The notes under the pieces were generated by a model. It was not told where the DNA came from and made no database searches. It worked only from the letters and a program-made list of their open reading frames with translations. Below, one piece after another: positions 31,727 to 40,309 of a DNA stretch of 64,000 nucleotides (the first letter of the stretch is position 1; every line of letters starts with the position of its first letter). A program made the translations under genes and the position numbers. Source of the DNA: an uncultured Arcobacter sp. GTDB lineage: Bacteria; Campylobacterota; Campylobacteria; Campylobacterales; Arcobacteraceae. The stretch covers positions 1,920,001 through 1,984,000 of the forward strand of contig OZ223300.1 in NCBI GenBank assembly GCA_965140705.1, in the 5' to 3' direction.

Positions 31727-31810
31727 TTTTAATCTCCTATATTTTAGGTATTAAAAATGATACAACAATAAAATTTACTTATTTAAAAATATTACATTTT
31801 GCAATTAATT

Positions 31811-31833
31811 AGTATCCTGTCCTCGAAATTTTT
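31811..31833. repeat. REP-like half element upstream of the RAYT remnant (copy D)
   Basis: agtatcctgtcctcgaaattttt. Confidence 0.7.
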
Positions 31834-31875
31834 GGAGCAACAATTCACATTTTCTGGTAACTATGCTTCCTTTTC

Positions 31876-31944
31876 ATATAACCTTTAAAATGAGTAATCA
31901 TTCTCCCCTACGGGTTAATGATTGGCTCCTTTGATTTGTTATAT
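31876..31944 (-). mobile_element. Integron attC site
   Basis: Minus strand ATATAAC-aaatcaaaggagccaatcatt...aatgattactcattttaaag-GTTATAT: R''/R' boxes with an imperfect palindrome, 7 bp after the cassette stop codon. Confidence 0.8.
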
Positions 31945-31951
31945 ATTTGTA

Positions 31952-32641
31952 TCATGGTGAATACACCCTTTGTAAAATTTTCTTATGTTTGAGAATATTG
32001 ATAGATTCTTCTTTAGAAAGAATTGATGGATTAAACTTTATAGTTATTAGGATTCTATCTTTCGTCGTCACATTAGATAATACACCTGAAGGAACATTTT
32101 CATTAATACTTTTTGGTGCTAAAACAATATTGGTCATTGTTATATATACGGTAGTATGATCCTCAATATTTAGTTCAGATATATACTTCATAATTGGTAG
32201 TCTTAAATCAATATGTGCCAAAGCATTAGGAAGTAACATTGCGTCAAAATCGATTGAAAAAGGTACTGATGGAAGAGGTCTAATGTCAACCTCAGGATTA
32301 TTTAAAGGATACGTAAAAGGAATAATCCCAATCATCTCCATAAATATTGCATCAATTGGAACTTTTCCAATATTTTTGATAGTTATAATATTTTTGAAGT
32401 CCTCTTCTAAAGCATTAATATTAGTAAAATCAAAATTTTTATTGTTTGTAATAATTTCGATAGCAGGAAATTCTTTTACTAATCCTAATGAAATTTCATT
32501 TGACTGACGAGAAGTTTTTAAAGCTTCTTCAGAAATACGATTACTATTTTCAGCGTTTTTAATGGAAATATAAACTGCAAACAAGCTCACTATAATACTG
32601 ATTGTTGCTAATAAGAGTGTCATTTTTTCATTTATAGTCAT
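31952..32641 (-). CDS. Integron cassette hypothetical protein with N-terminal TM
   Basis: 229-aa ORF bounded by GTTATAT (32658-32664) and attC. Confidence 0.75.
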   Translation of the reverse strand: MTINEKMTLLLATISIIVSLFAVYISIKNAENSNRISEEALKTSRQSNEISLGLVKEFPAIEIITNNKNFDFTNINALEEDFKNIITIKNIGKVPIDAIFMEMIGIIPFTYPLNNPEVDIRPLPSVPFSIDFDAMLLPNALAHIDLRLPIMKYISELNIEDHTTVYITMTNIVLAPKSINENVPSGVLSNVTTKDRILITIKFNPSILSKEESINILKHKKILQRVYSP

Positions 32642-32657
32642 GAAATACCTTTTTACT

Positions 32658-32673
32658 ATATAACTATTTATTG
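32658..32673 (-). mobile_element. attI-like site, truncated by REP-like copy E
   Basis: Minus strand CAATAAATA-GTTATAT; same core as the sites at 33377 and 35060. Confidence 0.6.
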
Positions 32674-32674
32674 A

Positions 32675-32750
32675 GAATTTGGGGACAGTATACTAATTTT
32701 TTATTATATTAACTATTTTGATTAATAGGTATCCTGTCCCCGGAATTTTT
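32675..32750. repeat. REP-like inverted-repeat element (copy E)
   Basis: gaatttggggacagtatac...gtatcctgtccccggaatt; near-identical to 33845-33919. Confidence 0.9.
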
Positions 32751-32777
32751 GTCCTTTTAAGTCACTTGTTGGTTTTT
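32746..32777 (-). mobile_element. Truncated attC (left arm only)
   Basis: Minus strand AAAAACCAAC-AAGTGACTTAAAAGGACAAAAA, then copy E; near-complementary to the cassette start GTTAGTTTTT. Confidence 0.55.
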
Positions 32778-33362
32778 ATTTTCTTCACGTTTGCGCAATT
32801 GTATTAATGCTTGAGTTTTAAAGGCCTTAGATAACCTACGTAATCTGAACCAAGCGCAAATAGAAATGACAAAAATTACTATACAGTAATTAATAGCAGT
32901 ACACTTTGCGTCACCTGAAAGAACAAAGTATGAAGCTAAACCACACATAAAGGAGTTTAACGCCACTCCCCTAGCGATACGATCGCGACTTACATATGAT
33001 TCCATTGTTTTGATAGTGTCAGATGCAGAGTGAGATAAAATTTCTGCGCTATGCTTATAAGGTTCTGACTTTGAAGTACCTAATATAAAATTTGATATGG
33101 TTCTTAACCAGTTTGGGCAAGATAAATATTTTCCTATAAATGTTGCAATATTATTAAACCGCTTTAATAAATATGATGATGAGACATCGACATATATACC
33201 TAAAATATAAGCTACAGGAAATATAGAAATAACAATAAACTCCTTATAGTCTTTGATATTTTCCGCAGATATATCAATATATTGATTTGAATATAAACCT
33301 ATCCATATGAGAGAAATAATACCTGTAATTAAATATTCTATTAATGCCGCAGCATACTGCAT
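32757..33362 (-). CDS. Integron cassette membrane protein, function unknown
   Basis: 201 aa, about 4 TM helices, AGGAG RBS just after GTTAGTT. Confidence 0.75.
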   Translation of the reverse strand: MQYAAALIEYLITGIISLIWIGLYSNQYIDISAENIKDYKEFIVISIFPVAYILGIYVDVSSSYLLKRFNNIATFIGKYLSCPNWLRTISNFILGTSKSEPYKHSAEILSHSASDTIKTMESYVSRDRIARGVALNSFMCGLASYFVLSGDAKCTAINYCIVIFVISICAWFRLRRLSKAFKTQALIQLRKREENKNQQVT

Positions 33363-33376
33363 TATCCACTCCTAAA

Positions 33377-33410
33377 AACTAACTATTTATTGAATATACA
33401 TTATATAAAT
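33377..33410 (-). mobile_element. attI-like site
   Basis: Minus strand TATATAATGTATATTCAATAAATA-GTTAGTT, divergent from the intI remnant at 33637. Confidence 0.65.
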
Positions 33411-33636
33411 AAATTACTTAAATCAACTTGTTTATTATATATTCATATAAATAGTTAATTTTAAGCATTTTATAAAATAAATATTATAAACTGCAATATT
33501 TTTATATATATTTTTATTATTTGTTATAATTTTTATGTTTATTTTATGTTGATATTTAGAACTTTAATATACATAATGTATGTTAAAAATGAAAAATTTA
33601 ACTTTAAACAACATTTTTTATAATACAGGAGTTACT

Positions 33637-33681
33637 ATGGCTAAAAAACTGCTTGATATAATAAAAAATTAGATTAAATTT
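33637..33681 (+). pseudogene. intI: Integron integrase N-terminal remnant
   Basis: AGGAG RBS + MAKKLLDIIKN*IKF, resembling the IntI N-terminus (KLLD...IR); divergent from attI. Confidence 0.55.
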
Positions 33682-33704
33682 TATAAAAAGATATATATAA
33701 ATCT

Positions 33705-33842
33705 ACGCGAAAAGTTTGCCTTGTGCTTTTTAGCACAAGTTTTCCTATTTCTTCTGTGCCCTTTCAGGGTCACGCTTTGTTACTTTTTATCAAAGAATTT
33801 CGTCACTTTGTTCCAGCATCCAACGATAAAATAAGTAACCAA
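33705..33842. repeat. Structured non-coding element related to the 46.7-47.3 kb elements
   Basis: ccttgtgct..agcacaag hairpin; gttacttttt...aagtaac hairpin; 26-mer 33795-33820 matches 47085-47110 in reverse complement (2 mismatches). Confidence 0.65.
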
Positions 33843-33844
33843 AA

Positions 33845-33919
33845 AATCTGGGGACAGTATGCTAATTTTTTATTATATTAACTATTTTGATTAATAGGTA
33901 TCCTGTCCCCAGAATTTTT
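33845..33919. repeat. REP-like inverted-repeat element (copy F)
   Basis: aatctggggacagtatgc...gtatcctgtccccagaatt; same AT-rich spacer as copy E. Confidence 0.9.
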
Positions 33920-33923
33920 ATTT

Positions 33924-33996
33924 GTATAATGCCCACATTTGCAGTTTGTTTGAAGTGCAGAGGAAAAGCAGTCCGACAACATGCGCTTGTTAGATT
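33924..33996 (-). mobile_element. Integron attC site (R' mutated)
   Basis: Minus strand AATCTAAC-AAGCGCATGTTGTCGGACTG...CTGCAAATGTGGGC-ATTATAC; R' reads ATT instead of GTT. Confidence 0.8.
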
Positions 33997-34034
33997 TTAA
34001 CTTTCGATCTATGAGGTGTGTTGCCTAGTGGTGT

Positions 34035-35042
34035 TCATTTTGATGTGAACCTAGTCGCGATCTCTCCCACAGTCAGCTTGTCTTGATCAAGGCCGAATTT
34101 TCCCATAATTTCATTTACAACACTATAAATCCAATGACTATTGCTGATAGTGGGTGGTAGATATACACGGTCAATAAACGTGTTTAAGTTAGCATGAAGC
34201 TTCAGAGTCAAACCACTAAGATTCTCTGAAACATCTTTTGGTAGCGTTACAATAAGTCGATGCTCGCATTCATATTCGTATGCAGAGTGCTTCAACATAA
34301 GATCACGAAACCCAAGCCAAACACCATCTGGTAAATCCCTAGGAATAATTCTCCCAATTTCCAAATCCGAAGGCGAGACGTATACCACATCGAATGCCTC
34401 AGAGTTCGCTTTTTGAGAAAGGAAGAACTTTTTATTTCTGTAAAGTAGCTCTTTCAACTTCGATTTCGTAGTCGTGATTGCCACCCCTTCCTCTCCATTA
34501 CAGTATGTTTTCCACATCGCCATACATTGGTTGTAGCCACCAAACCACGAAGAAACATACGATCGAGCCTTTAATAATCTCACTCCAGTCACTATTGAGT
34601 CACGTTCTTCAGCTGAAAAGTTGGAATCGCCTACTAAGTCCTCATGTTTCTCTTGAATGTAACTCAACCACTCGATCCGATCTTCATGCCCCTCCAAAAA
34701 TGAATCATAAAAAAGCTGATAAAGATCGTCTGTATCATCTAAAACTGCATACTCTTCCGACGTAATGGTGCGATCTACTAATTCTTTTAGTTCGTCAACG
34801 CTCAGCTCGCGATTAAGCCGGCTTACCGCCTCATTGATACGCTTTATCGCACTGAGCCCAACTGAAAAGTACTTGCCAACTTCTTCTTGAGACATAGTTG
34901 ACAAATGGGCAAACCATTCCCCTTCTGTTTGATCTTCAAAATGGTCTGCACGACAGAGAAAAAGTGCTTCACTATGAAGTAGTGATATGAATTTACTTAA
35001 CGTTAAGTAACGCCATACTACTTCTTGGTTGTCTTGATGCAT
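34035..35042 (-). CDS. Integron cassette protein, DUF2971-like
   Basis: WRYLTLSKFISLL...RADHFEDQTEG, SSW...AMWKTY, KHSAYEYECEHR; visibly more GC-rich than the host genes. Confidence 0.7.
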   Translation of the reverse strand: MHQDNQEVVWRYLTLSKFISLLHSEALFLCRADHFEDQTEGEWFAHLSTMSQEEVGKYFSVGLSAIKRINEAVSRLNRELSVDELKELVDRTITSEEYAVLDDTDDLYQLFYDSFLEGHEDRIEWLSYIQEKHEDLVGDSNFSAEERDSIVTGVRLLKARSYVSSWFGGYNQCMAMWKTYCNGEEGVAITTTKSKLKELLYRNKKFFLSQKANSEAFDVVYVSPSDLEIGRIIPRDLPDGVWLGFRDLMLKHSAYEYECEHRLIVTLPKDVSENLSGLTLKLHANLNTFIDRVYLPPTISNSHWIYSVVNEIMGKFGLDQDKLTVGEIATRFTSK

Positions 35043-35054
35043 GGTTAATGTACC

Positions 35055-35092
35055 TTAAAATCTAACTATTTATTAATAATACATTTTATATA
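35055..35092 (-). mobile_element. attI-like site
   Basis: Minus strand TATATAAAATGTATTATTAATAAATA-GTTAGATTTTAA; the last 12 bp are a perfect inverted repeat of 33989-34000. Confidence 0.7.
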
Positions 35093-35364
35093 AAATAGCC
35101 TTAAATTAGTTACATTAATAACACAATAAATGTTATTTTATTAAATATCTACAAATTCCCTCAAATAAGCTATTTGTAGAACTATATATTAAAAAAAATT
35201 ATAATATATAGTGTTTTTTAAATTTATTATAATTTTTTAGTAAACTGCAAATGTATAGTTTAGTACTGTATATACCTTATAAAACAAAAAAATGTATATT
35301 TATTTAAAATTGTGATAAAACAACATTTTGTTGGTTTTATTTTTATGTAAGATAGGAGTTTATT

Positions 35365-35414
35365 ATGGAAAAAAAGCTTTTAGAAATAATGAGATAAGAA
35401 GTCCATTGGATTTA
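35365..35414 (+). pseudogene. intI: Internally deleted integron integrase
   Basis: AGGAG RBS + MEKKLLEIMR fused out of frame to IRSPLDL; RSPLD is the characteristic IntI C-terminus. Confidence 0.7.
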
Positions 35415-35440
35415 AAAAAAAGTATAGAAACTCTAATAAA

Positions 35441-35560
35441 GCTGTAGATTTTAGCTTCAGACAAGGAAGAGAAGAAAATCAACGATTGAGCTTACTAAGG
35501 AGTAAGTGATTGAGCTGATTTTCTTATTTGACGCAGTATCAAGTTAAAAGATACTGCTTT
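35441..35560. repeat. Long imperfect palindromic element at the guaA 3' end
   Basis: Nested arms gtag-attttagctt / aagttaaaag-atac, aagaaaatca / tgattttctt, cttact / agtaag. Confidence 0.6.
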
Positions 35561-35563
35561 ATT

Positions 35564-37099
35564 TTATTCCCATTCGATTGTTGCAGGTGGTTTGCTCGAA
35601 ATATCATACACAACTCTGTTTATACCATCAACCTCATTGATAATTCTTCTACTTATTGTTTCTAAAATATCATGTGGAATATGTGCAAATGTTGCTGTCA
35701 TACCATCTGTTGCTTCTACTATTCTTACACAAACCGTGTTGTCATAAGTTCTGTTATCACCCATAACTCCTACCGATTTTACATTTAGAAGTACTGTAAA
35801 GGCTTGCCATGTTTTATCATAATATCCAGTTGCTCTTAGAACATCTAACATGATAACATCTGCTTTTCTTAAAAGCTCTAGGTCTGGTTTATTTACATCT
35901 CCCATAATTCTAATAGCAAGTCCAGGTCCAGGGAAAGGGTGTCTTCCTATCATATCTTTTGGAATTCCAAGTTCAAGTCCTAGAAGTCTTACTTCATCTT
36001 TAAAGATTTCTCTTAATGGCTCGATTAAATCAAATGTCATCCAATCTGGAAGTCCACCAACATTGTGATGAGATTTGATAGTTTTTGAAGGACCTTTCAC
36101 TGATACTGATTCGATAACATCAGTATATAAAGTCCCTTGTGCTAAGAATTCTATACCATCATGTTTTTTTGCCTCTTCATCAAATACTTTGATAAATGTT
36201 TCACCGATGATTTTTCTTTTAGTTTCTGGGTCTGTTACGCCTGCTAGTTTACTTAAGAATTGTTCACTTGCATCAATTGTGATTAAAGGAACACCTCTTG
36301 CTTTAAACATAGCTTCTACTTGCTCTCTCTCATTTGCTCTTAAAAGTCCATTATCAACAAATACTGGGATTAATTGTTCCCCAATTGCTTCAGCTAAAAG
36401 AGTAGCAACTACAGAAGAATCAACTCCTCCTGATACACCACAAAGAACTTTTTTATCTCCAACTTGATCTTGGATTTTTTTGATTTGTTCTTTTGCAAAA
36501 GAACCCATATTCCATGTACTTTCACAACCACAAATATATTTTGCAAAGTTTTTAAGTAGTTTTGCACCCTCTACTGAGTGATATACTTCTGGATGAAATT
36601 GGAAAGCATAAACTAATCTATCCAAATCAGCAATAGCTGCATAAGGAGAATTTTCACTTGTTGCAATTTTTTCAAATCCTTCAGGAATAGTTTCAACTCT
36701 ATCACCATGACTCATCCATACAGTTTGCCCATCTGTAGTATCTTTAAAAATATCACTTTGTTTTTCAAAGTTTAATTTTGCTTTTCCATATTCGTGATGA
36801 TCTGCTGGGATTACACTTCCACCAAAATATTGAGAAATAAGTTGCATACCATAACAAATACCTAAAATAGGTAATCCAAGCTCAAAAATTTTGCTATCTG
36901 GATGATATGAATCTTTAGCATAAACTGATGCTGGTCCACCACTTAAGATTATACCTTTTGGAGTTCTAGCCTTTATATTTTCTATACTTTCGCTATATGG
37001 AACAATTTCAGAATAAACTCCTGCTTCTCTTAGTTTTCTTGCTATGATTTGAGTATATTGACTACCAAAATCTAACACAACGATTGGTACATGTTTCAT
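35564..37099 (-). CDS. guaA: GMP synthase (glutamine-hydrolysing)
   Basis: [42 protein letters not shown]. Confidence 0.98.
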   Translation of the reverse strand: MKHVPIVVLDFGSQYTQIIARKLREAGVYSEIVPYSESIENIKARTPKGIILSGGPASVYAKDSYHPDSKIFELGLPILGICYGMQLISQYFGGSVIPADHHEYGKAKLNFEKQSDIFKDTTDGQTVWMSHGDRVETIPEGFEKIATSENSPYAAIADLDRLVYAFQFHPEVYHSVEGAKLLKNFAKYICGCESTWNMGSFAKEQIKKIQDQVGDKKVLCGVSGGVDSSVVATLLAEAIGEQLIPVFVDNGLLRANEREQVEAMFKARGVPLITIDASEQFLSKLAGVTDPETKRKIIGETFIKVFDEEAKKHDGIEFLAQGTLYTDVIESVSVKGPSKTIKSHHNVGGLPDWMTFDLIEPLREIFKDEVRLLGLELGIPKDMIGRHPFPGPGLAIRIMGDVNKPDLELLRKADVIMLDVLRATGYYDKTWQAFTVLLNVKSVGVMGDNRTYDNTVCVRIVEATDGMTATFAHIPHDILETISRRIINEVDGINRVVYDISSKPPATIEWE

Positions 37100-37190
37100 T
37101 TATTATTTTCCTTCATATTTTACACTTCTTGGTGTTTGGGTATTACAATTTTTAATGAGGGATTTTATCTAAATAGTTGTAAAAAATTGG

Positions 37191-37385
37191 TTAAGCGGGT
37201 TTTTCATTTTTATCTTGAAGATTTGTTTTTCCACATTTGGGACAAGGATTTCCAGGGTTGCTATAACAAGAGTAACAAAACATAGCATCACAACCTTCAC
37301 AAGTATGTTTACAATGCTTACAGACATAAGTTCTTGCTCTTTTAAATTTCTCTTTTTTAGAACTTCTAAAAATCCAAGAAAACAT
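37191..37385 (-). CDS. Small Cys-rich (zinc-finger-like) protein
   Basis: Four CxxC pairs in 64 aa; AAGGAG RBS. Confidence 0.7.
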   Translation of the reverse strand: MFSWIFRSSKKEKFKRARTYVCKHCKHTCEGCDAMFCYSCYSNPGNPCPKCGKTNLQDKNEKPA

Positions 37386-37403
37386 TGAAACTCCTTTTTA
37401 ATA

Positions 37404-37440
37404 AAAAAAGGCTACTAAGAAAAAACTTAGTAACCTTTTA
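37404..37440 (-). terminator. Intrinsic terminator after nhaD
   Basis: aaaaggctactaag-aaaaaa-cttagtaacctttt; U-run follows on the minus strand. Confidence 0.7.
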
Positions 37441-37466
37441 TTTTGTTTATTGATAAACTATATAGT

Positions 37467-38858
37467 TTATCCTGCGTGATAAAATCCTATAATTTCGTAT
37501 TGTAAATACCAAATTGCTACAGAAGCAAAGTATCCAAGTAAAATAGTCCAAGCATATTTCATATGTGAACCAAAAGTATAAATACCATGCAATTTACCCA
37601 TAACACCAACACCAGCGGCAGATCCAAATGAGATTAAAGAACCACCAACACCAGCTGTCAACGTTACAAGCATCCATTGATCAAGTCCCATCTCTGGACC
37701 TGCTTTTAAAACAGCACTCATAACAGGTACATTATCAACTATAGCTGAAAGGAAACCAACACAAATATTTGCAATAGTTGGACCTAAAACAGAAGGTTGA
37801 TAAACATGAACTGCTAGTCCTAGCCATCCAATAAAATATAAGGCACCAACTGCTGCTAAAATACCAAAAAAGAATAATAATGTATTATTTTCAATTTTAG
37901 CCATTGAATGGAAAATATTAAAATGGTCTTTCCCATATTTTTTCTTTAAACCATAAGAATAAACTTTAAGTAAAGCTAAACCAAACATCATACCCCACAT
38001 AGCAGGTAAATGTAATACTTGGTGTCCAACAACTGCAGAAAAAATTGTAAATATACCAAGTCCCATAACTACTTTTGCACCCTCAGCCATAACTGGAACT
38101 TTTTCAGTAGAAACATCAAATGCTGGAACCTCTTTTGGAACAAATTTTGATAAGATAATAGCTGTAACTAAATATCCACCAATAGCTGCTGGAAATAAGA
38201 ATAAGAAATCAGAAAAATCACCTTTCCCTGCTGTCCATGCCATAAGAGTAGTAATATCACCAAAAGGAGACCATGCCCCACCTGCATTTGCTGCAACAAC
38301 AATATTAATAGCACCTGGAACTAAGAAATCTTTTCTAGTCTTTTCAATAGTAATAAGAACTGTTGATAAAATCAAAGCGGTTGTTAAGTTATCTGCAATT
38401 GGTGAGATAAAGAAAGCTAAAAGACCAGTTACCCAAAAAAGTTTTCTATATGTATAACCTTTTGATACAAGATTATATTTCAACTTATCGAATACACTCA
38501 TATGAATCAAAGATTCAATATATGTCATTGCAACAAATAAGAAAAAGAAAATACCTGCGATTTCTAGGATAAGATGAGATGCTTCATTGTGTACAGCATC
38601 CATATCTAAGCCATTCATTGAATAATAAACAGCAACCAACATAAACATTAAAGTACCAATTAGTAAAGCAGGTTTCGCTTTATCAATTTCATATTTCTCT
38701 TCTGCAGCTACAAAATAATAACCTATAACAAAAATAAACAAACATGAAATACCAACCCAAGTCATAGTAAGATCAGGGTTTACTTGTGCTTCTCCTCCAC
38801 CACTAGATGCAAAAGATGCAACAGTAAGTAAAAGTATTGACACCAAAACTTTTAACAT
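37467..38858 (-). CDS. nhaD: Na+/H+ antiporter NhaD
   Basis: ISPIADNLTTAL, AANAGGAWSPFGDITT, SAIVDNVP. Confidence 0.92.
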   Translation of the reverse strand: MLKVLVSILLLTVASFASSGGGEAQVNPDLTMTWVGISCLFIFVIGYYFVAAEEKYEIDKAKPALLIGTLMFMLVAVYYSMNGLDMDAVHNEASHLILEIAGIFFFLFVAMTYIESLIHMSVFDKLKYNLVSKGYTYRKLFWVTGLLAFFISPIADNLTTALILSTVLITIEKTRKDFLVPGAINIVVAANAGGAWSPFGDITTLMAWTAGKGDFSDFLFLFPAAIGGYLVTAIILSKFVPKEVPAFDVSTEKVPVMAEGAKVVMGLGIFTIFSAVVGHQVLHLPAMWGMMFGLALLKVYSYGLKKKYGKDHFNIFHSMAKIENNTLLFFFGILAAVGALYFIGWLGLAVHVYQPSVLGPTIANICVGFLSAIVDNVPVMSAVLKAGPEMGLDQWMLVTLTAGVGGSLISFGSAAGVGVMGKLHGIYTFGSHMKYAWTILLGYFASVAIWYLQYEIIGFYHAG

Positions 38859-40309
38859 TAATTCTCCTTAATAAAATGTGCACCCAACGATTCTTTTCGT
38901 CCAAGGGCACTAGTTAATATAGATTTTGCCGTAAGCAATCTTAAAAACAACAACCTACCAACATCTTCTTTTAAAAATATTTCTATTTGATTTAAAGCAG
39001 TGCGTAAATCTGACTCATTTCGTACAATAGAGGCACTTTCCCACATAAGTTTTCTTAATAAATCTTTTATATCTTTGTCAATATTTTTATTTCTTATATG
39101 AGTATTTATTTTTTTGTCATATGCTTTTGAATCTATTTCAAAGTGATTTTTCAAACTATGCTCAACTGCAATTTTAGAGAAAACAATTCCCTCTAATAAA
39201 GAGTTTGAAGCCAATCTATTTGCTCCATGAACACCAGTACAAGCACACTCACCTATTGCATATAGGTTTTTCATACCTATTACTTGTGCATCTAAATTTG
39301 TAGGAATTCCTCCCATTGTATAATGAAAAGCAGGAGAAATTGGAACTTTTTCAAAGGGAAGCTCAAAGCCTAGGTCTTTCAAATTTGCATAAATATTTGG
39401 GAATCTTTTTTTAAAAAACTCTTTTTCAAAGTTTTTAAAAGAGAGAAATACACCTTTGCCAGTTTTTGTAGCATAATCAAATATTGCACGACTTACAATA
39501 TCCCTTGGTGCTAACTCTCCATCTTCATGGTATTCAAATAAAAATCTTTTGTCATCATCATCAACTATATGTGCACCCTCACCTCTTAAAGCTTCACTTA
39601 AAAGTGGTTTTCTAGCAAAGTGAGTTCCCCTTACAACTGTTGGATGGAATTGAATCATCTCCATATCTTTTAGTGAAATACCTTTTTCCAAACATATACC
39701 TTGTAACTCACCAGATATTGAAGTTGAATTTGTATGATATTTATATAAAGAACCTACTCCTCCACTTGCTATTATTGTATTATGGGCATAGGCAACTTTT
39801 TCTTCTGTCTCATTTACAAAGTATTGAACTCCATAACAAACATCATCTTTGATAAGTAAATCACTTACCACAACATTTGTAACTAGTTCATGGGGAAAGT
39901 GCTCTATTAAGAACATATGTATCATTCTTCCTGTCGCATCACCATCTGCATGTAAAATTCTACTTCTACTATGTGCTGCTTCTTTTGTAAGTGCAATTTG
40001 CCCTTTTGCATTTAAATCAACTTTTAAACCAGCTTTTATCATATCATTTACTGCTTCATTTGACTTTTCACTTAAGAGTTTTACAGCAGCTTGATTATTA
40101 TGATGTACTCCAGCATTTAAAGTATCTTCTATATGAGCTGGGATATCTTCCCTATCAACAGCAAAAGCAACACCACCTTGAGCCCAAAAAGTATTACACT
40201 CCCAAGGAGACTTTTTAGACAACAGAAGTACTTTTTTATCTTTAGGAATAAGTCTTGCTGCATTTAGACCAGCAACACCAGAGCCTATAATTACATAATC
40301 GTAAATCAC
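38858..40309 (-). CDS. nadB: L-aspartate oxidase
   Basis: GSGVAG, AQGG, QFHPT, SEALRGEG, HGANRLASNSLLEG. Confidence 0.93.
   Translation of the reverse strand: MIYDYVIIGSGVAGLNAARLIPKDKKVLLLSKKSPWECNTFWAQGGVAFAVDREDIPAHIEDTLNAGVHHNNQAAVKLLSEKSNEAVNDMIKAGLKVDLNAKGQIALTKEAAHSRSRILHADGDATGRMIHMFLIEHFPHELVTNVVVSDLLIKDDVCYGVQYFVNETEEKVAYAHNTIIASGGVGSLYKYHTNSTSISGELQGICLEKGISLKDMEMIQFHPTVVRGTHFARKPLLSEALRGEGAHIVDDDDKRFLFEYHEDGELAPRDIVSRAIFDYATKTGKGVFLSFKNFEKEFFKKRFPNIYANLKDLGFELPFEKVPISPAFHYTMGGIPTNLDAQVIGMKNLYAIGECACTGVHGANRLASNSLLEGIVFSKIAVEHSLKNHFEIDSKAYDKKINTHIRNKNIDKDIKDLLRKLMWESASIVRNESDLRTALNQIEIFLKEDVGRLLFLRLLTAKSILTSALGRKESLGAHFIKEN

Noticed and set aside
27910..31848. 15-bp identity GGAGCAACAATTCAC at 27910 and 31834 as a target-site duplication
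   Set aside because: One copy lies inside an intact kinase gene, and matches of this length can arise by chance in 64 kb; no supporting evidence
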